Below are positions 1-11,264 of a DNA stretch of 64,000 nt, in pieces. The stretch is taken from NCBI GenBank assembly GCA_951406725.2, contig OX597818.1, forward strand, positions 15,500,001 through 15,564,000. Reading direction: 5' to 3'. The notes beneath the pieces were generated by a model. It made no database searches. It was not told the origin of the DNA and saw nothing but the letters and a program-made list of their open reading frames with translations. The translations under genes were made by a program, and so were the position numbers. Source of the stretch: Octopus vulgaris. Its lineage: Eukaryota. Each line of letters starts with the position of its first letter. The stretch's first letter is position 1.

Positions 1-1347
1 GAGACATTTAGGCCAATCCTGTTTCAGGATCTCTTTCTCAATCAACTTCCAATTTGCTTTATGAAAGTTTAATTTGGAGAGATTGTGGATGCTTCGTATA
101 GGCTGTGTGTCTGCGGGGACTTTTGGTCCATACATAGACAGCTCTATTATGTTGTGATCCGAGATCATTGTCGGCATCACTTTAACATTATGGATAATAT
201 CCATATTGTTTGTGAAGCAGAGATCCAGTATATTATTTGCCCTGGTTGGTTGCAACACTATTTGCTCCATGAAAGAGACATTTGTGAGATGGAGCAGGGA
301 CTCTGTCTGTGCTTGCTGATGGTGTGTCATCCCTGGGAGCATCTGCCCCCCAGGCCATTCCACATTGGGGAAGTTAAAGTCACCCATGAAGAATACACTG
401 TTGTGTTATTCCAGGCTGGTGAGAACTTCCCCTATTTTTGTTAGGCAGTCTTCAAACATGCCTGTGTGATTTGGGGCATCCGGTGGGCGATATGTAGTAC
501 ATATGACGATATTCAGTTGTCTTATGTGTACAATTTGAGTGTCACACACTGAGTTTGAATATGACAACAGGATCTGGGGCGTGAGGTCATCTCGGATGTA
601 CACTGCAACTCCACCATGACTCCTCCCTTTTTTATCTGAGCATATGACAACATATTGTGGTATGTTTATTTCTGCAACCCCTATATCAGGTCCAAGATGC
701 GTTTCTATGAGTGCCATGCATATAGTTTGATTGCATGCCGCAAGGTCTCTCAGGAATGAGATTTTCCTTTTACAGTTGCCGCGCAGCAGCCCTCCTACGT
801 TCAGTAGAAATATTTTTGTGGTGTGTGTGTTGGTGTTTGTGGTGGCCATCCTGCATCTGTTGGTGGTGGCCTTATGTGGTGGTAGTTCCAGCTTTGTGTT
901 TGTAGCCAGGTCAGCTACTGGACAATTTTTTGTGCCATGCACAAAAAAAGATTGCTGTTCAGCTGCTGCCCTTCTCACATCTGGGTGAAGCTGGCCATTT
1001 GTTGGGCTATGCAGTATCTTTTTTGGACCACGCACTACATCTGCATATCGTCTTTCAGGAGTAGTCAGTGCGCCATTCTTCCTTCTTTGATATTTTTCTT
1101 TTTCTTTTTGTTCTCCCTGCGGGAGGGATTTTTGTCTTGGGTCCATGCGGTTTTGGCAGGGCTTCTGATGTGCAAAACGACAGTTTGCACCATCGTCGCC
1201 ATGCCAGCAGTCTCCTTTCAGGTAGAATTTGCAGATGCTCCTGCTTTTGCCCTTGTAGCTCTTCTGGTTGAGAGAACACATACCTTCATTTTGTTTTAGA
1301 AGAAAGAGAGATATAAAAAGACAGACCTTCGATGTTCCTGTTTTCAA
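1..1347 (-). mobile_element. Non-LTR retrotransposon (CR1/L2-group LINE), 5' part: CCCH zinc finger plus AP endonuclease; continues off the left edge
   Basis: ORF 406..1347 has CKFYLKGDCWHGDDGANCRFAH (CCCH) and APE motifs LLNVGGL, IETHL, GGVAVYIR, YRPP. Past the single TAA at 406-408 the same frame reads FMGDFN...QPTRANNILDLCF...ISDHNII...NFHKANW to base 1. Confidence 0.9.
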
Positions 1348-2483
1348 TATCTTGCTTGCGTTTTGTGAACAAAAAAGAGAGTTCCGATGTTCGTAGATGC
1401 AATATTTTATGTTTTGTTTTTATGTTTTGATCAGCTTGCAAATTTAATATTTGAACAATTTGATATCAGGCCGTAGCTTTTTAAAAGGAAAAGCTAGCAG
1501 GGTGAACAGAGCAGCAAATTTTTCTTTCTTTGTATATCCCTTTGCAACACGTGGCTTCAGCACATGTGTTCGGTTACTGATATCTTCGCGTCGGATAGGT
1601 TATCCTTTAAAGGTTATCCTTTAACTACATCATTTAAAGGTTATCCTTTAACTACATCAAAAGCAAAAATATCCTTCTCAAATACAGTGTACTTGTCGCA
1701 CTTTCCTACTATATTTGCTTTACAGGTAACTTCACTTCTGATAACATCGATCTCTTGGAGGTTCTACTAAACTTTCAGAGAGGTATATTTACACGACTTG
1801 CTAGTTCGGCGCCATCTTGAATTATATTACACTATTTTTTTTTGTTTGTTTTTGTGCCGGGGTCATCCCCTCAGACGCTTTCGAAAATTCACGATGTGAA
1901 TTTTCCGAAGCCTCTCCCCCACCCCCCTTTCGCGAGCGCGCATTTTTTTTCATATTCGTTTAGAGGAAGTTGTTTTACGCCTATTACACTAATTTTTTTT
2001 TGTTTTTATGACCGGGTGTAACGCTTTAGTTTAACCAAGATTTCTTCATCTTTTCTTATTTTTTTGCTTACCTTCTTGAAATATTCCAACCTAAGTACTC
2101 TAATGAAAAGACGGCTTTGCCATGAAGCTAGCAACACAAAGCCAAATAATGTCAGTTTAAAACTTCTCCCTCTTTTCATTTTATTTTTGTTCAAATATTC
2201 CTACATATTTACGCAAAAGAAAGTCAGTTAAAAATTTCTTATTTTCTTATCTTCCTCAAATATTCCTACCTAGGTGCTCTAATGAAACGACAGCTTTGCC
2301 ATAAGGCTAACAGCACAATGCCAAAGAATATCAGTTTAATATTCATTCTTCCTTTTTTCATTTTTTTTATTGTTTATCTTAAAATATTCCTACCTAGCTA
2401 CGCCAAAGAAAGTCAGTTAAAAATTCATTCAGCTACTTTTCAATTTTGTTTTTTTCTTCTTCAGATATTCCTACCTAGCTACT

Positions 2484-2713
2484 AAAGAGACGATGAGCGA
2501 TGGCTAGAAGTATATTGAGTTCTTCATAACCAGTTGATCTAGCAAGCGGGGCCTCACATCAGTGAGGGGGGGCCGGTGCGCATTGATGCCGTCGAGAGGT
2601 AGGCCCCGAAACGGCGCGCATTCTCTCCTGATGACCCCATACACTTGCTAGCTTCCGGTATACGGAGCTTCTAACTGGTAGCACTTGCATGTGCAAGTTG
2701 TTTGCAAGACATC
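2484..2713 (+). other. GC/CpG-rich ~230-bp insertion in the satellite forming a long imperfect hairpin
   Basis: Interrupts a satellite unit (..CTAGCTACT | ATGGAAAGACGGCTTTG..). Nested complementary pairs 2529-36/2672-79, 2539-46/2644-51, 2548-51/2635-38, 2557-62/2628-33, 2577-81/2616-20, 2588-92/2611-15. No clear TSD. Confidence 0.8.
2588..2638 (+). ncRNA. Candidate non-circularly permuted (rearranged) hammerhead ribozyme
   Basis: GCCGUC^GAGAG (2588-98), GAAACGGC (2608-15), CUCUC-CUGAUGA (2623-34). Stem III GCCGU/ACGGC and stem I GAGAG/CUCUC are perfect, but strand order is reversed relative to types I/II/III and stem II is non-canonical. Confidence 0.65.
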
Positions 2714-3813
2714 ATGGAAAGACGGCTTTGCACTGAGATTAACAGCACAATGCCACAGAGAATCAGTTTAAAATTTCTTCTCCACATTTTCTTGTTTTTT
2801 TTTTTGTTGTTGTTTTTCTTCAAATATTCATACCTAGCTACTCTAATAAAAAGACAGTTTTGCCATGCGGCAAAGAAAGTCAGTTTAAAATTTCTTCTCC
2901 CTTTTTTCATTGTTTTTTTTTTATCTTTAAATATTCCTACCTAGCTAGGTCAAAGAGAGTCAGTTTCAGTTAAAAATTTAATATTTTCTTTATTTTCTTC
3001 AAATATTCCTACCTAGCTACTTTAATGAAGAGACAGCTTTACCATGATGCTAGCAGCACAACACCAAAGAAAGTCAGTTTAAAATTTCTTCAGCCTCTTT
3101 TCAATTTAGTTTTTTTCCTGTTTATCTTCAAATATTCCTGCCTAACTACTCTAATGGAAAGCCGTGAGGCTAGCAACACAAGAAAGTCAGTTTAAAATTT
3201 CTCCTGCTTTTTTTCTTTTTTGTTTACCTTCAAATATTCCTACATAGCTATGCCAAAGAAAGTCAGTTAAAAAATGTTCCTCCCTCTTTTTTTTTGTTCT
3301 GCAAATATTCTTACCTAGGTACTTTAATGAAATGACAGTTTTGCTATTAGGCTAGCACCACAACGCCAAAAAAAAAAAAAAGTCAATTTAAAATTTCTTT
3401 GCCCTCTTTTAATTTTTTATTTTTTGTGTTCATCAATGTTTATCTTCAAGTATTCCTACCTTGCTACTCCAAGGAAAAGACAATTTATCCATGAGGCTAG
3501 CAGTACAGTGCCAAAGAACATCAGTTTAAAATTTATTATTTTTATTTTTTTACTTACCTTCAAATCTTCCTATGCCAAAGAAAATCACTAGAAAATTTCT
3601 TCTCCCTCTTTTTTTTTTATCTTCAAATAGTCCTAATTAGCTACGCCACAGAAAGTCAAAGATTTCTTCATATTTTCTTGTTTATCTTTAAATATTCCTA
3701 CCTGGCTACTCTAATGCAAAGTTTGCTTTGCCATGAGGCTAGCAGCACAATGCCAAACGAACGTCAGTTTAATATTCCTTCTCTATTTTTTCATTTTTTT
3801 TGTTTATATTAAA

Positions 3814-4186
3814 CTAGCAGTATCGCCCGGCGTTGCTCAGGTTTGTAAGGGAAATAACTATAAAGCATTTTTAGAGAGTTATAGCCAAAAAATAGCAAAA
3901 AAATGATGGTAAATTTTTTTTGAGAGTTAAAAAAGGTGGAGTTGCGTCCCCTAGACGGTCTGTGGTTTGGGTTTCTGATTCTCGACCCCATGTCGAATTT
4001 ATCGATTTTTTTCAGAACTGGGGGAACTTTTCAAAATTTTCGCTGCGTTAGTTTTGAATTATGACATTGGGCTATGTGTGTGTCAAGTTTCATCAGAATC
4101 GGTTGAAAGCCGTGGTCAGAGTGAGGGTACGAGAAAACAGACACACAGAAAACGCACAGACAAACTGCCGTTTATATATAGAGAGA
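3814..4186 (-). mobile_element. Non-autonomous Helitron
   Basis: Minus strand 5' TCTCTCTATATATAAACGGCAG, 3' hairpin and ...CGATACTGCTAG. Inserted between A and T with no TSD; the empty site TATTAAA|TTATTCATATCAG is visible in the sister satellite unit near 4578. Confidence 0.85.
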
Positions 4187-5109
4187 TTATTCATATCAGT
4201 CTACGCCAAAGAAAGTCTGGTAAAAATTTATTCTCCCTTTATTTTTGTTGTTTATCTTCTTTAAATATTCCTACCTAGCTACTTTAATGAAGAGACAGCT
4301 TTACCATGAGGCTAGCAGCACAACGCTAAAGAAAGTCAGTTTTAATTATTTCAGTCTCTTTTCAATTTTTTTCTTGTTTATCTTCAAATATTCTGACATA
4401 GCTACGCAAAAGAAAGTCAGTTAAAGATTCTTTCATCTTGTTTTCTTTTTTGTTTGTCCTCTAATGTTCTAAACTAGGTACTTTAATGAAAAGACGGCTT
4501 TGCCATAAGGCTAGCAGCACAACGCCATAGAAGTCAGTTTAATATTCCTCCCTTTTTTCATTTTCTTTTTTTGTTTATATTAAATTATTCATATCAGTCT
4601 ACGCCAAAGAAAGTCAGGTAAAAATTTATTCTCCCTTTATTTTTGTTGTTTATCTTCTTTAAATATTCCTACCTAGCTACTCTAATGAAGAGACAGCTTT
4701 ACCATGAGGCTAGCAGCACAACGCTAAAGAAAGTCAGTTTTAAATTTTTTCAGCCGCTTTTCAATTTTTTTTCTTGTTTATCTTCAAATATTCTGACATA
4801 GCTACGCAAAAGAAAGTCAGTTAAAGATTCCTTCATCTTGTTTTTTCTTGTTTGTCCTCTAATATTCTAAACTAGGTACTTTAATGAAAAGACGGCTTTG
4901 CCATGAGGCTAGCAGCACAACGCCATAAAAGTCAGTTTAATAATCCTCCCTTTTTTCATTTATTTTTTTTGTTTGTCTTAAAATATTCATACCTAGCTAC
5001 GCCAAAGAAAGTCTGTTAAAAAATGTTTCTCCCACTTTGCTTTTCTTGGTTTATCTTCAAATATTCCTGCCTAGCTACTCTCAAGAAAAGACTGCTTTGC
5101 CATGAGGCT

Positions 5110-6617
5110 TGTAGCAGACACTTGAGTGAAATTCTTCTCCTCTCTATTATATATGCATATGAACGTAGTAGATAACAGCTAGCCTTTGACCGCATTTTGG
5201 ACCCTGTTGTGTCCACTACTCTGATTGGTTGATATTGACGCAATTTGTCTCTTTCTCTAGTGCATGCCAATATGCAACCCAACCAATCACAGCCTTCAAA
5301 TAAGGTCATGCGTGACAGCCTGTTTTCTACCCAGCTTTGAGCCTCAACTCCTTATAAAACTCCAGCTTCTCATCGTCTCGATGTCATTTGGTTCCAGACT
5401 TTGGAAGGATGTGATGAGAAAGGTGGGTGTTAATAACCCAGCTTAATCATCAAAGAAAGGAAAAATTAGTTGCTGGGCCTTATAGACTACTGGGTTATAG
5501 GCTACTGCACTCCTCCCCCTTTTCATTTTAACATATGTTATGTTTTCTAATGTTATTTTAAAAAAAACGCACTAAAGTTCTCGTTATAAAGACAAAAGTA
5601 AGCCAATGATTCGTTTAAAGGCAAAATTAAGCCAAGTTTTCGTTTATGTCATAGTACAACTAAATTTTTAAGTCTCATTCGAACTCTCATAACATTCTTT
5701 GTATTTGTTTGTCTTGTTATGTCCAAATCTATGTAAGATCGTATGATTATAATAAAGATTTTGTCATTTGGTTCCAGATCTTTTAATGTCTGGCCACTGA
5801 CCACACAAGACACCGCCAGTTCCAGCGACAACACAACAGCAGCCACATGGGACTCACCAACTTCGTCCAACAGCATTTGGTAAGCTCCATCTCTGTCACC
5901 ACCATTCGTCCTAACGTCAACATCTCTCTACGTACGCATCACAACAAGCAACTCGCCCTGGTTACAACACTGCACTGTTCGCGAATTACTTCACCATGGA
6001 TCAACAGCGAATATACAACCTTCAAGAACTCCTGTACCAAGTGACCCAGGCAGCTGCATCACAGCCACAACTTCACGTACGATATGTACCGCAACCGGCT
6101 CTGCATCATCGCCGCAACTTCTTGATACAGTATTTCAACTACCATGTACAATTGACTACGAACTGGTATTTATCATCCTTGTGTCTATGAACTTACTCCT
6201 CACTTTGATGGCTAGACTCTTTCACTGTCTCTTCTTCATCGCTATCCTTATATGTTCTTAACGCGCATACATCTATGCCTACATACACACGCATATATCT
6301 TATTCTTATGACATCCTGTCTATTATTCTGTATATATGCCGCACACACAATCACACATGTTAACATATCAATAAATCTTCTCTTAAACATTCTACCTGGT
6401 TGAGTCTCTTATTTCCCTCTGGCACGTATATACATTATTCTATTTATATTCATTGTATCGACCGTGTGATGTACTAAGGAGCCATTACATTCTCATCACC
6501 TCGCTTCGCACGGACGTCACAAATAGGCGACCCGTTCCAGATCCTCAAAACTACAGAAACAATTATAATGGGAGATGGAAATACTCCACAGGTATCTCAA
6601 CCTTCAATTCCATTATA
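5110..6617. mobile_element. Unclassified ~1.5-kb insertion in the satellite, possibly LTR-derived
   Basis: Non-satellite sequence splitting a unit at GAGGCT|..AGCACAATGCC. Starts with TG; internal direct repeat TGTCATTTGGTTCCAGA (5382, 5762); TCACA followed by PBS-like AATAGGCGACCC near 6520. Confidence 0.4.
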
Positions 6618-6983
6618 AGCTTTTAGCACAATGCCAAAGAATATCAGTTTAAAATTTTGACCTCATCTCATTTTCTTTATTGTTTATCTTAAATATTCCT
6701 ACATAGCTGCACCAAAGAAAGTCAGTTAAAGATTCGTCTACCCCTTTGCTTGTTTTTTTGTTTATCTTCAAATATTCTTACCTAGGCATTGTAATGAAAA
6801 GACGATTTTATGATGAGTCTAGCAGCACAATGCCAAAGAAAGTCAGATTAAAATTTCTTCTCCCTCTTTTCATTTCTTCTGTTTTATTTTCTTATCTTAA
6901 AATATTCCTACCAGTCTACACCATAGATAGTCAGTTTAAAATTTTCTCTCCCTCTATTTTTTTATGTTCTTCAAATATTCCTA

Positions 6984-7353
6984 GGCACAGGAGTGGATGT
7001 GTGGTAAGTAGCTTGCTTACCAACCACATGGTTCTGGGTTCAGTCCCACTGCACAACATCTTGGGCAAGTGTCTTCTACTATAGTCTCAGGCCGACTAAA
7101 GCCTTGTGAGTGGATTTGCTAAACTTAAATATATATGTATATATACATGTATTTGTGTGTCTGTGTTTGTCCCTCCAGCATCGCTTGACAACTGATGCTG
7201 GTGTGGTTACGTCCCCATAACTTAGCGGTTCAGCAAATGAGACCGATAGAATAAGTACAAGGCTTACAAGGAATAAGTCCTGGGGTTGATTTGCTCGACT
7301 AAAGGCAGTGCTCCAGCATGGCCACAGTCAAATGACTGAAACAAGTAAAAGAG
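6984..7353 (+). mobile_element. tRNA-derived cephalopod SINE, family A
   Basis: Head GGCACAGGAGTGGATGTGTGGTAAG..GGTTCAGTCCC, internal (TA)/(TG) tract, tail CAGTCAAATGACTGAAACAAGTAAAAGAG; many copies in the window. Confidence 0.85.
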
Positions 7354-8049
7354 TAACTACTCTAATGAAAAGACAGCTTAGCCATGAGGCTAGCAGCACA
7401 AAGACAAAGAAAGTCAGTTTAAAATTTCTTCTCTCTTTTTCATTTTATTTTTGGTTATTTTCAAATATTCCTACCAACCTAGGCCTAAGAAAGTCAGTTG
7501 AAAATTTCTTCTCACTCTTTCCTTTTATTTTTTTATCATCTTCAAATATTCCTACCTAGCAACTCTAATGAAGAGACACCCTAACCATGTCGCTAGCAGC
7601 ACAAAGCCAAAGAAAGTCAGTTTACAAATGTCTTCAGCCTCTTTTCAATTTATTTTTTTTCTTGTTTATCTTCTAATATTCCTACCTAGGTACTCTAATG
7701 AGGCTAGCGGCACAACACCAAAGAATGTCAGTTTAATATGCCTTCTCCCTTTTTTCATTTTTTTTTTGTTTTTGTTTATCTTAAAATATTCCTGCCTAGC
7801 TATACCAAAGAAAGTTGGTTACAAATTTCTTCTCCCACTTTGTTTTTTTTTTGGTTATGATCTTCAAATATTCCTACCTATCCTCTCTCATGAAAAGACT
7901 GCTTTGCCATGAGGCTAGTAGCACAATGCAAAAGAAAGTCAGTTAAAGATTCTTCTCCCTCTTTGCTTGGTTTTTTTGTTTATCTTCAAATATTCTTACC
8001 TAGGTACTGTAATAGGAGGACAGCTTTACCATGAGGCTAGCAGCACAAC

Positions 8050-9625
8050 GCCAAAGAAAGTCAGTTTAAAATTTCTTCAGCCGTTTTTCAATTTATTTTT
8101 TTTGCTTGTCTTAAAATATTCCTGCCAATCTACACCAAAGAAAGTCAGTTTAAAATTTCTTCAACCTCTTTTCAATTTATTATTTTTGCTTGTCTTAAAA
8201 TATTCCTACCAATCTACACCAAAGAAAGTCAGTTTAAAATTTCTTCAACCTCTTTTCAATTTATTTTTTTTGCTTGTCTTAAAATATTCCTACCAATCTA
8301 CACCAAAGAAAGTCAGTTTAAAATTTCTTCAGCCTCTTTTCAATTTATTTTTTTTGCTTGTCTTAAAATATTCCTACCAATCTACACCAAAGAAAGTCAG
8401 TTTAAAATTTCTTCAACCTCTTTTCAATTTATTTTTTTTGCTTGTCTTAAAATATTCCTACCAATCTACACCAAAGAAAGTCAGTTTAAAATTTCTTCAA
8501 CCTCTTTTCAATTTATTTTTTTTGCTTGTCTTAAAATATTCCTACCTGTCTTAAAATATTCCTACCAATCTACACCAAAGAAAGTCAGTTTAAAATTTCT
8601 TCAACCTCTTTTCAATTTATTTTTTTTGCTTGTCTTAAAATATTCCTACCAATCTAGACCAAAGAAAGTCAGTTTAAAATTTCTTCAACCTCTTTTCAAT
8701 TTATTTTTTTTGCTTGTCTTAAAATATTCCTATTCCTACCAATCTACACCAAAGAAAGTCAGTTTAAAATTTCTTCAACCTCTTTTCAATTTATTTTTTT
8801 TGCTTGTCTTAAAATATTCCTACCAATCTAGACCAAAGAAAGTCAGTTTAAAATTTCTTCAACCTCTTTTCAATTTATTTTTTTTGCTTGTCTTAAAATA
8901 TTCCTGCCAAAGAAATTTCTTCAGCCGTTTTTCAATTTATTTTTTTTGCTTGTCTTAAAATATTCCTACCAATCTAGACCAAAGAAAGTCAGTTTAAAAT
9001 TTCTTCAACCTCTTTTCAATTTATTTTTTTTGCTTGTCTTAAAATATTCCTGCCAATCTAGACCAAAGAAAGTCAGTTTAAAATTTCTTCAACCTCTTTT
9101 CAATTTATTTTTTTGCTTGTCTTAAAATATTCCTGCCAATCTACACCAAAGAAAGTCAGTTTAAAATTTCTTCAACCTCTTTTCAATTTATTTTTTTGCT
9201 TGTCTTAAAATATTCCTACCTGTCTTAAAATATTCCTACCAATCTACACCAAAGAAAGTCAGTTTAAAATTTCTTCAGCCTCTTTTCAATTTATTTTTTT
9301 TCGCTTGTCTTAAAATATTCCTACCAATCTAGACCAAAGAAAGTCAGTTTAAAATTTCTTCAACCTCTTTTCAATTTATTTTTTTTGCTTGTCTTAAAAT
9401 ATTCCTACCAATCTACACCAAAGAAAGTCAGTTTAAAATTTCTTCAACCTCTTTTCAATTTATTTTTTTTGCTTGTCTTAAAATATTCCTACCTGTCTTA
9501 AAATATTCCTACCAATCTGCATCAAAGAAAGTCAGTTTAAAATTTCTTCAGCCTCTTTTCAATTTATTTTTTTTGCTTGTCTTAAAATATTCCTACCAAT
9601 CTACACCAAAGAAAGTCAGTTAAAA
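8050..9625. repeat. Homogenised 84-bp tandem monomer, about 18 copies
   Basis: AAAGAAAGTC recurs at 8137 and 8221 (period 84). Copies are near-identical and give the 28-aa repeat seen in ORFs 7967..8554 and 8626..8958. Confidence 0.95.
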
Positions 9626-9739
9626 ATTTCTTCTCCCGCTTCTCATTTTTTTTTTGTTTTTGTTTATCATTTTAAATGAAATCATTGATATTTGAACCTG
9701 GTGAACAGAGCTTTTATACGGTGTTGAAAATAGTAGACA

Positions 9740-10665
9740 AAAATGAAACTCAGTGAATGGGTCAGGAAGATAAATATCATTGGTGATATCAGGACTGACA
9801 ACATCACAGATGCCAACAATCTGATAAGTGTCATATCGATCTTTGTAGCCCAGAAATTAGATTTGAATGCAAAAGGTAAAAGACAACATAACCTGAAGGA
9901 ACCATGGTGGAAATGGAGAATAATGCAGTCTATTAATGAGACAAGAAAACATTAATATTCTGGAACAGTGAGAGAAATATGTTGAGCTAGAGAGGAAGTG
10001 TAGGGTGAAGAGAAAGGAATCAATGTTTTGATTGATGAATTAAAGCAGAGGTTGAAAGCTTAAGTGCATAAACTAAAGAGATATGAACAGAAAATTGAGC
10101 GATACAAAGCAAAAAGGCTTTACAAACAAAATCAGAAATGAATCTATCAGGAACTGGATGGGAAAGAAAAGGGTGAAAAAGCCATGCCAGATGCTGAAGA
10201 AAGTAAAAGATTCTGGGCAAACTTGGTCTCTGGAGAAACAATGTGAAACTGAAGCAGACTGGTTAAAGAAACTCAAGGAGGAGAGTGGAGAGTATCAGCA
10301 GGAGGATTTGAGAATAACTGAGGAGATGATTAGAGAACAGTGCAGGAGAATTCCTAACTGGAAAGCGCCTGGCCTGGATGGGGTTCAGGGCTTTTGGCTT
10401 AAAAACTTGACAGCTCTGCACAGGAGAATTGCAAGACAGCTGGACAAAATACTGAGTAGTGACATCCAAGTACTGGCCTGGATGACAAAAAGAAGAATGG
10501 TATTATGCCAAAAGGACCCAAGTAAAGGGAATGCAGTTGGAAATTTCTGACCAATATCTTGTTTACCACTGATGTGGAAACTGATGACAGCCATTATATT
10601 GAACAGCATCTATAAGTGTCTAGATGAGAACGACCTACTACCAGTGGAACAAAATGGATGTAGAC
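9740..10665 (+). mobile_element. Degenerate R4/Dong-clade LINE, N-terminal part of the RT region
   Basis: IPNWKAPGLDGVQGFWLK...WMTKRRMVLCQKD...[15 protein letters not shown], with stops and frameshifts. Confidence 0.8.
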
Positions 10666-10896
10666 CAAAGTCCATTATACAGCAGCACCCACAGTAGCAT
10701 ATTGGTTGAGAGGATAGCCTCTCATTCCAGTCATCAAAAGAAAAATAACATCGACTGGAAGAAAAAGATTTTTTACCTTTCAAAGAAACTTCTTCAGCAG
10801 GTTTAGTCTCATGGCAGTTGGTACTCTAACCACTCACAGTCATTTTGTTTTTATAGAAATTAATGTACAAAAACATCTTTTAAAATTGTTACTTAC

Positions 10897-11174
10897 TTTT
10901 ATTTGTTTGTGGACAATTTTTCTTGATCTCACACATATCTGGTTTTATTTCAGACTGGAAATCCAACAAATAATTTGGCAACATTAGCATATTTTTCACA
11001 AGATTGCTCAAAATATTTGATGGTGTTTGGCTTGGGTTTTTCCAAAAATTCTGTAAATTTTCTTTCGATAAAGTTTGGTTGAGAATCCATAAACGACTGA
11101 TCCGACCAGAGAAATAAGAGGCTTCAATTGCACTTTGTTTTGTGTTTAATTTCCCACCAACAACTAGTAAACCC
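10897..11174 (-). CDS. Exon 19: pentraxin/LamG C-terminal part
   Basis: tttcag|G GGT..: GLLVVGGKLNTKQSAIEASYFSGRISRLWILNQTLS...DMCEIKKNCPQTNK|gtaagt; phase 2 to 1; absent from the ORF track. Confidence 0.88.
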
Positions 11175-11264
11175 CTGAAATGTTAATGAAAATAAATTTT
11201 ACAAAGTAGTTTTCTGAAACTAGAATTATGTTTAAGTGAAATAATAATAATAATACAGGCACTG

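Larger units (their letters stand above)
2030..9660. repeat. AT-rich satellite array: diverged ~84-bp and ~120-bp units, interrupted by insertions
   Basis: Recurring blocks AAATATTCCTACCTAGCTAC, (ATGAAAAGACRGCTTTGCCATGAGGCTAGCAGCACAA) and CCAAAGAAAGTCAGTTTAAAATTTCTT throughout. Confidence 0.92.

Noticed and set aside
85-1299. Plus-strand ORFs overlapping the LINE
   Set aside because: Antisense shadows of the LINE coding frame.
2548-2570. Minus-strand second hammerhead (CUGAUGUGAGG) or 7SK-like 5' motif in the insert
   Set aside because: No GAAA partner on the minus strand, and the 7SK resemblance is only about 10 nt.
7967-8958. ORFs with a 28-aa tandem repeat (STPKKVSLKFLQPLFNLFFLLVLKYSYQ)
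   Set aside because: Translation of the 84-bp satellite monomer; the frame is broken by T-run length changes and there is no splice or domain support.
8050-9625. Possible CRISPR-like array
   Set aside because: Whole units are repeated with no unique spacers, no cas genes, and a eukaryotic context.
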